Below, in pieces: positions 18,404 to 30,937 of a stretch of 64,000 nt of DNA. Each line of letters begins with the position of its first letter. Position 1 is the stretch's first letter. A model generated the notes under the pieces. It had not been told where the DNA came from. It did no database searches and saw nothing but the letters and a program-made list of their open reading frames with translations. Both the position numbers and the translations under genes were made by a program. The stretch comes from an uncultured Steroidobacter sp. (GTDB taxonomy: Bacteria; Pseudomonadota; Gammaproteobacteria; Steroidobacterales; Steroidobacteraceae): positions 17,487 through 81,486 of the forward strand of contig CALFXI010000058.1 of NCBI GenBank assembly GCA_937958065.1. The letters are read 5' to 3'.

Positions 18404-20465
18404 TCGGCAGGGCGATGATCCGGCCCGCCATGGCGATGGTGTCCGGACGATGCGCGATGATGATTCGGGTCAGCGACAGCGACTGCACGGCTTCATTCAC
18501 GCCGCGCTCGCAGGTGACGTCGAGGTGGCTGGTGGCCTCGTCGAGCGCCAGGATCTTCGGCTGTTTGTACAGCGCGCGAGCCAGCAGCACCCGCTGCTTC
18601 TGCCCTCCGGAGAGCGCATCGCCCATGTCGCCGATGAGCGTGTTGTACCCCATGGGCATGGCCACGACATCGTCGTGAATCACCGCGAGCCGGGCGCACT
18701 CCTCGATGCGCGCCTGGTCGGCATTGACATCGAAGAAACAAATATTGTCGGCGATGGAGCCGGCGAACAGCTTGTCCTCCTGCATGACCGCGCCAATGAG
18801 ATCGAGATGCGCAGGGGCCAGCTGCGCGACGCTCACTCCGCCGATCAGCACCTCGCCTTCAGTCGGCGCGAGCAGGCCGAGGATCAGCTTGAGCAGCGTC
18901 GTCTTGCCGCAGCCCGACGGGCCAACGATGGCCACGGACTCACCAGCGGCAATCTTGAAGCTCACGTCATGGAGCACCGGCGCGCTGAAACTCGAGTAAC
19001 GGAACGTGACATTGCGAAACTCGATGTCCGGAACCAGTGTCGACGCGATCTCGTTCGTTCCGGTGGACTCAGGCTCCGCGAGTGCAATGTCGGCCACGCG
19101 CTCGGCGTGCAGTCCCAGCATCCGCAGCTCGACGGCCTTGTCGATGAATGCACCGATGCGAGTGACAAAGGTTATCTTGAACGACACGAACGCAAATAGC
19201 ATGCCGACCGTGAGCTTCGCATCCAGCACCAGCAGCGCCGCCAGCCAGATCACGGCGATGTTTTCGATGCCGAACAGCGCGCCGTTCAGCGCCCGATACA
19301 GAATGTCCAGCCGCTCGGTGCGAATCTCGGCGTTGAAATTACGAACCAGCAGGTTCTCGTGCATGGTGCGCCGCTGCGACTGGCGATTGAACAGCTTCAC
19401 GCTCTGGATGCCGCGGATGGTCTCCAGAAAGCTGCTCTGCTGATTGGCAGCGTGCGCGATCTGCTCCTGCTGAGCGTCGAACAGCGGGCGATACAACGCG
19501 GCCCGCAGCAATGCATAAAGAACAGCGGCCACGCAGACGATGGCGGTAAGCAGGCCGCTGTAGGCAAACATCACGGCGAGTGTCAGGAGCGCCATCAAGC
19601 CGTCGACCAGCGCCGCGACGAAGCTCGAGGTGAGCGTGCGCTGGATCACGTTGAGCGACTCGAAACGCGACGACAGATCGCCGAGATGGCGCTTCTCGAA
19701 GAACGTCATCGGCAGGCGCAACAGATGCGCGAACAAGTTGCTCACCATCTGCGCGTTCAGGCGCGTTCCCAGCACCATCAATACCCAGGAGCGCGCCGCC
19801 GTGACGCCGACCTGGATCAGCGCAATCAGCAGGAAGCCCAGCCCGAGCACGGTGATCAGATCCCGATCCGCCGAGACGATGGCGTTGTCGACCACCAGCT
19901 GAGTGAAAAATGGCGCCAGGATGGTGAGCACTTCGAGCGCCAGCGCCATGCAAAAGATCTGCAGCAGCGTGCCCTTCATGCCGCGGAAACGGCCCAGCAG
20001 CTGGAACACCGAGACTTGCTGACGATCCCGCAGCGGCTGGAACTCTTCGAGCCGCGACAGCTCCAGGCACACGCCGGTGTAGTGCGGTGACAGCTCGGCC
20101 AGCGTGAGCACTCGCTGACCGCAGGCAGGATCGTGAATGACCGCACGACCGCCGCGCATTTCCGCCAGCACGACGAAGTGATTGAAGTCCCAGTGCAGGA
20201 TCGCCGGCAGGGTCACGCGTGGCAGCGCTTCGAGCTCCACCTTCACCGGCCGCGAGCCGAGTTGCAGCTGACCCGCCACTTGCATGATGTGCGCCAGCGT
20301 CGCGCCCTGCATGGACAGAGAGTAGCGACGGCGCAGCGCTGCGAGATCGATATCGTGACCATGATACGCGGCGACCATCGCCAGACAGGCGAGCCCGCAT
20401 TCGGCGCCTTCTGTCTGCAGCACGACTGGCGTGCGTCGTCTGCCCGAGAAGTTGAGCTGGATCAC
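18315..20465 (-). CDS. Peptidase-containing ABC transporter (C39-TMD-NBD; CvaB/RaxB-like)
   Basis: QTEGAECGLACLAM (catalytic Cys), LHWDFNHFVVL (His), IHDPA; Walker A GPSGCGKTT, LSGGQ, ILALDE. Confidence 0.95.
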   Translation of the reverse strand: MIQLNFSGRRRTPVVLQTEGAECGLACLAMVAAYHGHDIDLAALRRRYSLSMQGATLAHIMQVAGQLQLGSRPVKVELEALPRVTLPAILHWDFNHFVVLAEMRGGRAVIHDPACGQRVLTLAELSPHYTGVCLELSRLEEFQPLRDRQQVSVFQLLGRFRGMKGTLLQIFCMALALEVLTILAPFFTQLVVDNAIVSADRDLITVLGLGFLLIALIQVGVTAARSWVLMVLGTRLNAQMVSNLFAHLLRLPMTFFEKRHLGDLSSRFESLNVIQRTLTSSFVAALVDGLMALLTLAVMFAYSGLLTAIVCVAAVLYALLRAALYRPLFDAQQEQIAHAANQQSSFLETIRGIQSVKLFNRQSQRRTMHENLLVRNFNAEIRTERLDILYRALNGALFGIENIAVIWLAALLVLDAKLTVGMLFAFVSFKITFVTRIGAFIDKAVELRMLGLHAERVADIALAEPESTGTNEIASTLVPDIEFRNVTFRYSSFSAPVLHDVSFKIAAGESVAIVGPSGCGKTTLLKLILGLLAPTEGEVLIGGVSVAQLAPAHLDLIGAVMQEDKLFAGSIADNICFFDVNADQARIEECARLAVIHDDVVAMPMGYNTLIGDMGDALSGGQKQRVLLARALYKQPKILALDEATSHLDVTCERGVNEAVQSLSLTRIIIAHRPDTIAMAGRIIALPNVAESTLLRSPEARGEGFRGPYRATQAAR

Positions 20466-20472
20466 CGGTGGC

Positions 20473-21750
20473 TCACATGCGCCTGGTCACCGACTGCAGC
20501 GGCTCGATCGCCCACTCGATCAAACGGCGGCGCTCCAGCGACAGGGACGCATCCAGCTGCATGCCCGCCTGCAGAGGAAAATCCATCGCCCTGGTGTTCA
20601 CCTGCTGTGAGGCCAGCCGCACCGTCACACGATAGAACGGCTCGGTGGCCTGCACCGGCAGATCCAGCTCTTCGGGCGCCATCAATGTGCGGGCGATCTC
20701 GACGATCTCGCCGTTGAAGCTGCCGAAGCGCTGATACGGAAACGCCTGGTAACGCAGCCACACCCGATCGCCGATGTCGATGAAGCCGATGGAGCTGCTG
20801 GGCACGAGCAGCTTGGCCTGCAGCTCCGCATCCTTCGGCAGGATGGCGAGCAGCGAGGTGCGATCGGTAACGGTCTGGCCGATCTCGCCGGCAATCGCGG
20901 TGACGGTGCCGTCCGCCGGCGCAGTGATCACGATCGAGCGACGCGACTGATACTCGGCCCGCTCCTGAGCCAGCGCCAGGGTTTCGCGCTCGATCTCCGA
21001 CAGACGCTGACGCGCGCTGATCTCGGTGGTCGCGAGCTCCTGACGATGCGCCTTGATGTCACGCTCGAGTTGAGTCCGACTGCGACGCAGCTCCTGCAAT
21101 CGCGCCTGCTGTTCCAGACTCTCGGCGTACTTCTGGTCCGCGTCGAGCTGCGATACGAAATGGCGTTCGAGCAATTCGGCATGGCGACGAGCGATGCGTT
21201 CGGCGCTGGCGGCACGCTCCCTCTGCAGCGCAATCGAATCGTCCAGTTCCCGCAGCTCGCGTTCCTGGCTGATCAATGACTCCCGCAGCGAGCTGGCCTG
21301 CACGGTCGCGAGCTTCTGCTGATCGGCACGCTCGGCTTCCAGATTCTTCAAGCGCTGTTCGAGCTGCGCGATGGCGGTCGCCTGAGTCTCGGCAAGCTGC
21401 GTCGACGCGCCCTCCGGCGATACGACGAACAGCTCGTCACCACGACGGACGGCCTGGCCTTCGGAGACCCGGCGCTCCACGAGCGTTCCGGCGAGCGGGG
21501 CATACACTTTGATGAGGCCGGCACTCGGTGCGAGATAGCCACGCACCTCCGCCTTGCGCGCCAGCTCCCCGAAGCAGGCGAACAGCACCAGCGCGAGGAC
21601 GATGCCGACCGAGATCGCCGTCAGGCGCGGATAAGAAACCGGATGCGCCGCCAGCGACTCACCGACCAAGGACAGTCGGCGAGCATCGATGGCTTCCTGA
21701 CGGAACAGCGTGCTGCGGGGACCACCGCGGGGTGTGTTGACGGGCTCCAT
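20473..21750 (-). CDS. HlyD-family membrane fusion protein (CvaA/RaxA-like)
   Basis: LFRQEA N-terminus, single TM, long coiled coil, ITAPADGTV, AFPYQRFG, LQAGMQLDA. Confidence 0.92.
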   Translation of the reverse strand: MEPVNTPRGGPRSTLFRQEAIDARRLSLVGESLAAHPVSYPRLTAISVGIVLALVLFACFGELARKAEVRGYLAPSAGLIKVYAPLAGTLVERRVSEGQAVRRGDELFVVSPEGASTQLAETQATAIAQLEQRLKNLEAERADQQKLATVQASSLRESLISQERELRELDDSIALQRERAASAERIARRHAELLERHFVSQLDADQKYAESLEQQARLQELRRSRTQLERDIKAHRQELATTEISARQRLSEIERETLALAQERAEYQSRRSIVITAPADGTVTAIAGEIGQTVTDRTSLLAILPKDAELQAKLLVPSSSIGFIDIGDRVWLRYQAFPYQRFGSFNGEIVEIARTLMAPEELDLPVQATEPFYRVTVRLASQQVNTRAMDFPLQAGMQLDASLSLERRRLIEWAIEPLQSVTRRM

Positions 21751-21796
21751 ATCGCCATGAAGCGAGAAGCACCGTCAAACTGGCTCAGATCGAGCC

Positions 21797-21812
21797 CTGA
21801 ACTTAAGTTCAG
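21797..21812. promoter_or_regulatory. Perfect 16-bp palindrome upstream of the MFP gene
   Basis: CTGAACTTAAGTTCAG, 46 bp upstream of ATG 21750; fits CT-N12-AG. Confidence 0.55.
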
Positions 21813-21852
21813 TCGCGGCCGTGTGCCAGCCACGATCTCGCCATGGCGGCCA

Positions 21853-23898
21853 TCAGTTCTTCTCGCGTTCGAGCACGGCTTTGACGGCCGCGACGACGCG
21901 CTCGGGCACGAACTCGAAATAGCGCATCAGGTCCTTGGCCGGTGCCGATTCGCCAAATCGATCGATACCCACCACGGCACCACGGCGACCGACATACTTG
22001 CGCCAGAAGTCGGGCACGCCTGCTTCGACGGCGACACAGGGCAGCTCGAAGGGCAAGACTCGTTCGCGATATTCGGGATCCTGGCGGTCGAACGTCGTGG
22101 TCGAAGGCATCGACACGACGCGAACCGGAATGCCTTCCGCCTCCAGCGTCTTCTTCGCCTCGACCGCGAGCGCAACTTCCGAACCGGTCGCAATGATCAC
22201 GGCGCGCGGCCTGGCGTGCGGCTCAGAGAGCACATAGCCGCCACGGCGGATGTTTGCAATCGTGTCCGGGTCGCGCTCCTGGAACGGCACGTTCTGACGA
22301 CTCAGCACCAGGCTGGTCGGCCCATTCGTCCGTTCGATGGCCGCATCCCAGGCGACCACGGTTTCCAACGTGTCGCATGGCCGCCAGACGTCCATGTTCG
22401 GAATCAATCGCAGCGTCGCGACATGCTCGATGGGCTGATGCGTCGGGCCATCCTCGCCCAGACCGATCGAATCATGGGTGAACACGAAAATCGAGCGGAC
22501 GCCCATCAGCGCGGCCATGCGCAGCGCGTTACGGCAGTAGTCCGAGAACGTCAGGAAGGTCCCGCCATAGGGGATGAATCCGCCGTGCAGCGCCAGCCCA
22601 TTCATGATCGCGGCCATGCCGAACTCGCGCACGCCGTAATAGATGTAGTTGCCGCCGCTCTTGCCGGTGACGGCGTGCGATCCCGACCATAACGTGAGGT
22701 TCGAGCCAGCGAGGTCGGCCGAGCCGCCGATCAACTCCGGCAGGGTCGGCGCGATCCCTTCGAGGGCCTCCTGCGAGGCCTTGCGTGTCGCGATGGACGC
22801 AGCTTTAGCTTGCGTACGTGCCATCAGTCTGCGGATGTTCTCAGCGAACTCCTCCGGCAATGAGCCCCGCATGCGGCGCTCGAACTCTTCGCTCAGTTGC
22901 GGGTGAGCCGTCGCATACGCCGTCAGCTTCTGTTGCCACTCTTCCTCATAGATCGAGCCCGCATGATGGGCATCCCACAGCTCGTAGACGTGTTCGGGAA
23001 TCTCGAAAGCGCCGTAGTTCCACCCCAGTGCGGCGCGCGTGGCGGCCACTTCTTCCTCACCCAGCGCAGCGCCATGAGCATCGTGGGTGCCGGCCTTGTT
23101 CGGCGCTCCCTTGGCGATGACGGTCTTGCAACAGATCAGCGACGGTCTGTCAGGCACCGCCTTCGCGGCGCGAATGGCGTCGTCGACGGCGTCGCTGTCG
23201 TGCCCATCGACGTCGGGCACGACGTGCCAGCCGTAACTTGCAAAGCGTCGCGGCGTGTCGTCGGTGAACCAGCCCGAGACATGGCCGTCGATCGAGATGC
23301 CATTGTCATCGTAGAAAGCGATGAGCTTGCCGAGGGCGAGCGTACCGGCGAGCGAGCAGACTTCGTGCGAGATGCCTTCCATCATGCAACCGTCGCCGAG
23401 GAATACATAGGTGTAATGATCCACCACCTCGAAGCCAGGACGATTGAATTGCGCCGCGAGCACTTTCTCCGCGATCGCCATGCCCACGGCATTCGCAATC
23501 CCCTGCCCCAGCGGTCCGGTCGTCGTCTCCACGCCGGGAGTAACGCCGTACTCCGGATGGCCCGGCGTTCGCGAATGCAACTGACGGAACCGCTGCAGCT
23601 GTTCCAGCGGCAAGTCGTAACCGGTCAGATGCAGCAGCGAGTACAGCAGCATCGAGCCATGCCCGTTCGAGAGCACGAAGCGGTCGCGGTTGAACCACTC
23701 CGGGTTCGCGGGGTTGTGGCGCAGATGACGTTGCCAGAGCACCTCGGCAATCTCGGCCATGCCCATCGGCATGCCCGGATGGCCCGAGTTGGCCTTTTGC
23801 ACGGCGTCCATCGCCAGCGCACGCAGCACGTTGATGCCTTCCTGGCGCGGCCCCAGAGTGCGAGGCTTGGAGCGTTGCACGTCGAGCTCGGCGCTCAT
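21853..23898 (-). CDS. cbbT: Transketolase
   Basis: [56 protein letters not shown]. Confidence 0.97.
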   Translation of the reverse strand: MSAELDVQRSKPRTLGPRQEGINVLRALAMDAVQKANSGHPGMPMGMAEIAEVLWQRHLRHNPANPEWFNRDRFVLSNGHGSMLLYSLLHLTGYDLPLEQLQRFRQLHSRTPGHPEYGVTPGVETTTGPLGQGIANAVGMAIAEKVLAAQFNRPGFEVVDHYTYVFLGDGCMMEGISHEVCSLAGTLALGKLIAFYDDNGISIDGHVSGWFTDDTPRRFASYGWHVVPDVDGHDSDAVDDAIRAAKAVPDRPSLICCKTVIAKGAPNKAGTHDAHGAALGEEEVAATRAALGWNYGAFEIPEHVYELWDAHHAGSIYEEEWQQKLTAYATAHPQLSEEFERRMRGSLPEEFAENIRRLMARTQAKAASIATRKASQEALEGIAPTLPELIGGSADLAGSNLTLWSGSHAVTGKSGGNYIYYGVREFGMAAIMNGLALHGGFIPYGGTFLTFSDYCRNALRMAALMGVRSIFVFTHDSIGLGEDGPTHQPIEHVATLRLIPNMDVWRPCDTLETVVAWDAAIERTNGPTSLVLSRQNVPFQERDPDTIANIRRGGYVLSEPHARPRAVIIATGSEVALAVEAKKTLEAEGIPVRVVSMPSTTTFDRQDPEYRERVLPFELPCVAVEAGVPDFWRKYVGRRGAVVGIDRFGESAPAKDLMRYFEFVPERVVAAVKAVLEREKN

Positions 23899-24608
23899 GG
23901 GATTGCCCTCAATGCACGAGTCCCGCTGCGGGGACGCACACTCAGCTCCATGATCTCCTTCAGGTTGCTGACGATGGCGTCCGGCCGCAATTCCTCCAGC
24001 GGCTGATCGCGGTGATAGCCATAGTCGACCGCCACCACACGACAGCCCGCGGCGTGCGCCGCCTGGATGTCGGTCCGCGAATCGCCGATCAACAGCATGT
24101 CGGCGGGCTCGACCTCGCTCAGCGAACAGGCCGAATACAGCAGTGACGGACTCGGCTTTCTATCCTCGGGGCGCGCCGGACACAGCACCGCCGCGAAGAA
24201 CCCGCTGATGCCGGCCAGCTCCAGCAAGGCATGAGCGAACCTGCGCTCCTTGTTCGTCACGCAACACAGGGTGAGCCCGAGCGTACGCAACGTGTGCAAT
24301 GTCATCAGCACATCGGGATACAGACGCCCGCGCTGGAACACGCGTTGTCCGTACAGATCCCGAAACAATGCGGCCGCCGTCTCGTGCAAGTGCCCATCCG
24401 GCATCACGCCGCTTCGAGTCAGCACCCGCTTGACGAACTCATCGATGCCTGCGCCGATCAGCCCGGGAATCTGCTCGTCCGGCAGCGGCCGGCCGCCGAG
24501 CATGACCAGCATCATGTTGGCCGCCGCGCCCAGATCCGGCGCGGTGTCGATGAGCGTGCCATCCAGATCGAATGACACGGCGGCGACGCAATCGAGGAGT
24601 TTCGGCAT
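23895..24608 (-). CDS. cbbZ: Phosphoglycolate phosphatase (HAD)
   Basis: [28 protein letters not shown]; within the cbb operon. Confidence 0.9.
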   Translation of the reverse strand: MPKLLDCVAAVSFDLDGTLIDTAPDLGAAANMMLVMLGGRPLPDEQIPGLIGAGIDEFVKRVLTRSGVMPDGHLHETAAALFRDLYGQRVFQRGRLYPDVLMTLHTLRTLGLTLCCVTNKERRFAHALLELAGISGFFAAVLCPARPEDRKPSPSLLYSACSLSEVEPADMLLIGDSRTDIQAAHAAGCRVVAVDYGYHRDQPLEELRPDAIVSNLKEIMELSVRPRSGTRALRAIP

Positions 24609-24620
24609 GACGACCTCACA

Positions 24621-25544
24621 TCAGAACGTCGGTTCCAGAAATGCCTGGGTGGAGCGCTGTGATTTGCGCGCCAGCGATTCCCTGCGCCGCTCGATCAGGC
24701 GCAGAATCATCGGCGTGAAGATGAGCTGCATGGCCAGATCCATCTTGCCGCCCGGGCACACGATGGTGTTCGGCCGCGACATGAACGAGTCGTGCAGCAT
24801 CGCGAGCAGATACGGAAAGTCGATGCCGTGCGGACTGGCAAAGCGGATCACCAGAAACGATTCGTCGGGTCTCGGAATGAAACGCGCGATGAACGGATCC
24901 GACGTGTCCACGACGGGAACGCGTTGAAAATTGATGTGCGTGCGGGAGAACTGCGGGCAAATGTAGTGCACGTAGTCGTGCATCCGCCGCAGGATGGTGT
25001 CCGCCACCGCCTCCGTCGAATAACCGCGCGTGGAACGATCGCGATGCAGCTTCTGAATCCATTCGAGATTGATGACCGGCACCACCCCGATCAGCAGATC
25101 GACATGCTTCCAGATCTGAATGTCTTCGTGCGCCGCGGCGCCATGCAGCCCCTCGTAGAACAGCAGGTCCGTCCCCTCCGGCAGCTCCTCCCATTCGGTG
25201 AACGTGCCGGGCGGCTGTCCATACGGCGCGGCCTCCTGATCGTCATGCAGATATTTGCGCCGCCGCCCCTGTCCGCTCTCGCCATAGCTTCTGAACAAAC
25301 CGTCGAGCTCGGCGAACAGATTCGCGTCCGGGCCGAAGTGACTGAAGTACTGATCGCCACGCGCAATGGCATCGGCCATCTGCTGTTTCATGCCGGCGCG
25401 ATCATAGCGATGGAAGCTGTCGCCTTCGACGAACGCGGCCGTGAGGGCCTCGCGCCGGAAGATCTGCTCGAACGTCTTCGACACCGAGGTCGTGCCGGCG
25501 CCGGACGAGCCGGTGACTGCGATGATGGGATGTGTGGCTGACAT
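24621..25544 (-). CDS. cbbP: Phosphoribulokinase
   Basis: HPIIAVTGSSGAGTT, EGDSFHRYDR, YEGLHG, NLEWIQKLHRD, FQRVPVVDTSDPF. Confidence 0.97.
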   Translation of the reverse strand: MSATHPIIAVTGSSGAGTTSVSKTFEQIFRREALTAAFVEGDSFHRYDRAGMKQQMADAIARGDQYFSHFGPDANLFAELDGLFRSYGESGQGRRRKYLHDDQEAAPYGQPPGTFTEWEELPEGTDLLFYEGLHGAAAHEDIQIWKHVDLLIGVVPVINLEWIQKLHRDRSTRGYSTEAVADTILRRMHDYVHYICPQFSRTHINFQRVPVVDTSDPFIARFIPRPDESFLVIRFASPHGIDFPYLLAMLHDSFMSRPNTIVCPGGKMDLAMQLIFTPMILRLIERRRESLARKSQRSTQAFLEPTF

Positions 25545-25554
25545 GGAGGTTTGC

Positions 25555-26625
25555 CTATGCGGGATTTCTGAGCACGCTGCGAGTGCCGAACAACGGCGCC
25601 TTGAACTCGAAATCGTTGCACTCGCGGTGATAGCGCTCGATGCGCTCGACCTCCGCGCGTGCGCCGAATATGAAACCGATGCGTTGATGCAGGCTGTCGG
25701 GCTGGATGGTCAGCACCGGCTCCCGGCCCGTGCTGGCGCGCCCGCCCGCCTGCTCGATCAGGAAGCCGAGCGGATTGGCCTCGTACAGCAGGCGCAGGCG
25801 GCCGGGCTTGGTCAGGTCCCTGCGATCGCGCGGATACATATAAACGCCGCCACGCATGAGAATGCGATGAGCTTCGGCCACCACTGCGGCCACCCAGCGC
25901 ATGTTGAAATCGCGACCGCGCGGACCCGAGGCTCCTTCCTGGCATTCGTGCACGTAGCGCTTGATGGGAGATTCCCAGTACCGTGAATTGGATGCATTGA
26001 TGGCAAACTCCGAGGTGGTTTCCGGAATCCGCAGATCCGGATGGGTCAACATGAACTCGCCGATCTCTCGATCGAGCGTGAAGCCGTGCACGCCTCGCCC
26101 GGTGCTCAGTACGAGCATGGTGGACGAACCATAGATGGCGTACCCGGCGCAGACCTGTTCGATGCCCCGCTGTAAAAAATGCTCCTCGGACGGGTCCGTG
26201 ACGCCTTCAGGACAGCGCAGCACGGAGAAGATGCTGCCAACGGCGGCATTCACGTCCACGTTCGAGGAGCCGTCCAGTGGGTCGAACAGCAGCAGATACT
26301 TGCCAGTGGGATACTCCGCCGGAATGGCGTACGGCTTTTCCATCTCTTCGGACACCATGCCCGCGAGCTGGCCGCCCCATTCGTTGGTGCGGATGAAAAT
26401 ATCGTTGGCGAGCACATCGAGTTTCTTCTGCACCTCGCCTTGAACGTTGACCACTCCCGCATCTCCATAGGCGCCCGACAGCGCGCCCTTGCCGATGAGC
26501 GTCGCGATCCGCTTGCAGGCGAGTCGCACATCGTTCACCAGTGCAGTGAAGTTGCCGGTCGCGCCCGCGTGGCGGCGCTGCTCCTCGATCAGGAATCGGG
26601 TCAACGTTCTCGGCGCGAGCGTCAT
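25555..26625 (-). CDS. cbbF: Class 1 fructose-1,6-/sedoheptulose-1,7-bisphosphatase
   Basis: [36 protein letters not shown]. Confidence 0.96.
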   Translation of the reverse strand: MTLAPRTLTRFLIEEQRRHAGATGNFTALVNDVRLACKRIATLIGKGALSGAYGDAGVVNVQGEVQKKLDVLANDIFIRTNEWGGQLAGMVSEEMEKPYAIPAEYPTGKYLLLFDPLDGSSNVDVNAAVGSIFSVLRCPEGVTDPSEEHFLQRGIEQVCAGYAIYGSSTMLVLSTGRGVHGFTLDREIGEFMLTHPDLRIPETTSEFAINASNSRYWESPIKRYVHECQEGASGPRGRDFNMRWVAAVVAEAHRILMRGGVYMYPRDRRDLTKPGRLRLLYEANPLGFLIEQAGGRASTGREPVLTIQPDSLHQRIGFIFGARAEVERIERYHRECNDFEFKAPLFGTRSVLRNPA

Positions 26626-27545
26626 GGATGCAATTCTCCCTGTCGTTCTGCAGGTGGGGGCTCGGCGAACACGCGGCTGGCCCGGATGTCCGCCGCTTCG
26701 ATGGTCATCAGATCGTTCTTTGCGAGCGACGTGTCACGCCTGCCGAACAAGCGGCTGGCTTGCCGCAACCGGGCGCGGTCCAGCGCATTGCGAATGGATC
26801 GGGCATTGGCGAAGTGCGGCAGGGCCTGGCGACGCTCTATATATTCCTCCAGCGCGGCCCGAGCCTCGGGGCTCAGCGTGTATTGCATCTGCTCGAGCAT
26901 CAGATCCGCGATGGCCAGCAATTCCGCGGGGGTGTAGTCCGGAAAAGCGATGTGATGCGCGATGCGCGAGGACATGCCTGGATTGCTGCGGAAGAAACGA
27001 TCCATGCGGTCTTCGTAGCCGGCCAGGATGACCACCAGATCGTCGCGATGGTTCTCCATCTCCTGCAGCAGGATTTCGATCGCCTCCTGCCCGTAGTCGC
27101 GCTCGTTCTCCGGCCGATATAAATAGTAGGCCTCGTCGATGAACAGCACCCCGCCCATGGCGCGCTTGAGCACTTCGCGTGTCTTCGGCGCGGTGTGGCC
27201 GATGTACTGGCCGACGAGATCGTCGCGAGTCACCGCGACCATGTGACCTTTGCGAACGTAGCCGAGTCGATGCAGGATCTCGGCCATGCGCAGCGCGACG
27301 GTGGTCTTGCCGGTACCCGGATTGCCGGTGAAGCTCATGTGCAGCGAGAGAGCTTCGGTGCTCAAGCCGGCCTGTCGACGCAGCGTGTCGACCAGCAGCA
27401 GTGCGCAGATGTCACGAATGCGCGTCTTCACCGGCGCGAGGCCGACCAGCTCGCTGTCGAGCTGATCGAGCACGTCGGCGACATGAGAGTCGCGGAACGC
27501 GGCGTCGAGGTTGAAGTCGTCAGCGGTTTTGGGGACGGAATTCAT
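26622..27545 (-). CDS. cbbX: CbbX red-type RubisCO activase (AAA+)
   Basis: [51 protein letters not shown]. Confidence 0.96.
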   Translation of the reverse strand: MNSVPKTADDFNLDAAFRDSHVADVLDQLDSELVGLAPVKTRIRDICALLLVDTLRRQAGLSTEALSLHMSFTGNPGTGKTTVALRMAEILHRLGYVRKGHMVAVTRDDLVGQYIGHTAPKTREVLKRAMGGVLFIDEAYYLYRPENERDYGQEAIEILLQEMENHRDDLVVILAGYEDRMDRFFRSNPGMSSRIAHHIAFPDYTPAELLAIADLMLEQMQYTLSPEARAALEEYIERRQALPHFANARSIRNALDRARLRQASRLFGRRDTSLAKNDLMTIEAADIRASRVFAEPPPAERQGELHP

Positions 27546-27569
27546 CGACGAAGATCCTCGCGGCGCTGC

Positions 27570-27986
27570 TCAATACCGATGCCCTTCCGGCCGTCGCGTC
27601 GCGTACGAGCGCAACGCATATCTCACCAGTCGTCCCGGCCCTTCCTCACGCAGCAATTCGAAGCCAGGCTCTTCCTGCGGCCGCGCCACGATGAACGACA
27701 GGCGCAGCGATTCGATGCCCCGCGTCGAGTCGAACGCATTGACCTTCACGTACCGATTCGGGAAAGTGCGCCGGCACTCGTCCACTTCTCGCATGATGCC
27801 GGCGGCGTCCTTCAGATCGAACATGGGAATGCCGAACATTTCCCAATACGTGTTGCGGGGATGCGGATCCTCGGTGTGCTCCACGGACACGGCCCAGCCG
27901 CGCTGCAGGCAGTACTCGATCTGCGAGCTGATCTGCTGGTCGGTGAGGTCCGGAAGAAATGAGAAAGTGCCTTGAGTGAGTCGCAT
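27570..27986 (-). CDS. cbbS: RubisCO small subunit, red-type
   Basis: [26 protein letters not shown]-terminal beta-hairpin extension EPGFEL.REE. Confidence 0.96.
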   Translation of the reverse strand: MRLTQGTFSFLPDLTDQQISSQIEYCLQRGWAVSVEHTEDPHPRNTYWEMFGIPMFDLKDAAGIMREVDECRRTFPNRYVKVNAFDSTRGIESLRLSFIVARPQEEPGFELLREEGPGRLVRYALRSYATRRPEGHRY

Positions 27987-28018
27987 GACTGTGCTCTCGC
28001 GTAGGAATATCGAGCGGC

Positions 28019-29572
<1,554 letters not shown>

Positions 29573-29577
29573 TCAGA

Positions 29578-29592
29578 ATAAGATTCTCTTAT
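29578..29592. promoter_or_regulatory. CbbR (LysR) recognition site
   Basis: ATAAG-ATTCT-CTTAT dyad containing T-N11-A in the cbbL/cbbR divergent gap. Confidence 0.75.
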
Positions 29593-29627
29593 TTAGCGCA
29601 ATGGGGATCCGGTTCGCTGGAGTCGCC

Positions 29628-30581
29628 ATGCGGAACATCACTTTGCGGCAGATGCGCGTGTTCGCGTCGGTGGCGCGCTATCGCTCGTTCACCAAGGCCG
29701 CGCGCGAGCTGCATCTCACGCAACCCGCGATCTCACAGCAGATCAAGCAGCTCGAAATCGAAGTCGGACTGCCGCTGCTCGAACACGTCGGGCGACAGAT
29801 CCATCTCACCGCGGCCGGCGATGAGCTGTTGCGTTACGCATCCCAAGTCACCGAATTGCTGCGTGAGGCGGGCGAATCACTCGCGGCGATGCGCGGCCTG
29901 AAACGTGGCGTGCTGAAACTCGGCGCGGTCAGCACCGCGAAGTATTTCGCGCCCTCGCTGCTCTCGGCGTTCGCGCCTTCTTATCCGGAAGTCACGATCC
30001 ATTTCACGGTGGGCAACCGGGAAGAAATCATTCAACAGCTCGCGGCCAACGAAACGGATCTTGTCATCATGGGCCGACCGCCACGCGAGCTGATCACGGT
30101 CGCCGAGCCGTTTGCGAAACATCCATTGGTCGTGATCGCATCGCCCAATCATCCGCTCGCCGGCAAGCGACGCATTCCGCTGGAGCGTTTGGGCAGCGAG
30201 AGCTTCATCATTCGCGAGGAAGGCTCCGGAACCCGTGCGTCGATGGAGCACGTGTTCAGCAAGCGGGGCGTGCCGATCCGCGCCTCCATGGAAGTCAGCA
30301 GCAACGAGACCATCAAGCAAGCCGTGATGGCCGGCATGGGCATCGGCTTCATTTCCATCCACACCGTGGGCCTCGAGCTCGCCGCCGGCAAGCTCGTGAT
30401 CCTGAACGTGACCGGCCTGCCGCTGATCCGCGACTGGTTCGTGATCCACATGCGCGACAAACACCTGTCGCCGATCGCGGTGGCGTTCCGCAGCTTCCTG
30501 CTCGAGAAAGGTGCGGCGATCATTCATAAGACAGCGGAAGAGAGCCGGTCCATTCTGCGGGCCATTCCCGCCCAACAATAG
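29628..30581 (+). CDS. cbbR: LysR-family regulator CbbR
   Basis: TLRQMRVF..SFTKAARELHLTQPAISQQIKQLE; STAKYFAP; divergent from cbbL; GGAG RBS before ATG 29628. Confidence 0.95.
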   Translation: MRNITLRQMRVFASVARYRSFTKAARELHLTQPAISQQIKQLEIEVGLPLLEHVGRQIHLTAAGDELLRYASQVTELLREAGESLAAMRGLKRGVLKLGAVSTAKYFAPSLLSAFAPSYPEVTIHFTVGNREEIIQQLAANETDLVIMGRPPRELITVAEPFAKHPLVVIASPNHPLAGKRRIPLERLGSESFIIREEGSGTRASMEHVFSKRGVPIRASMEVSSNETIKQAVMAGMGIGFISIHTVGLELAAGKLVILNVTGLPLIRDWFVIHMRDKHLSPIAVAFRSFLLEKGAAIIHKTAEESRSILRAIPAQQ

Positions 30582-30752
30582 TGCGCCGCGCGTTCGCGGT
30601 GCCGTGCTCGTATACAAGCACCGTCGCGGGGCAAGCCCATCAGCGCCGCCGGCACCCGCATCTCCAACAAACGTTTCATCCAACTAAAGATAAAACAAAC
30701 AACTATCGAGACCCGCCTCGATCCCGGGCGAGGCTCGTATCGAGTTGGCCAG

Positions 30753-30766
30753 CTTGTTGCAACAAG
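30753..30766. promoter_or_regulatory. Perfect 14-bp palindrome upstream of TBDR
   Basis: CTTGTTGCAACAAG in the AT-richer intergenic leader. Confidence 0.4.
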
Positions 30767-30937
30767 AGCGAATTCGTTTTGAGCCGATCGATACAACCAA
30801 GGGAGATTACGGCATTCAGATCCTGACCGATCGAATGCTGCGCCAGGCCACCTCATCGAAGAGCGGTCTGTCGTGTCGGCATGGAGCCGACGTTTTCGTG
30901 GTTTGGATGAATACATACAAACACACGGGAGACGACC

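Noticed and set aside
21810-21830. sigma54 promoter upstream of the MFP gene (TGGCAC on minus)
   Set aside because: No TTGC-like -12 context; poor match to the consensus
21621-21833. 70-aa ORF as the PCAT precursor peptide
   Set aside because: Overlaps the MFP gene out of frame and has no double-glycine leader
30582-30937. Cobalamin or other known riboswitch upstream of the TBDR
   Set aside because: Conserved B12-box and other core motifs not found by eye; an Rfam search would be decisive
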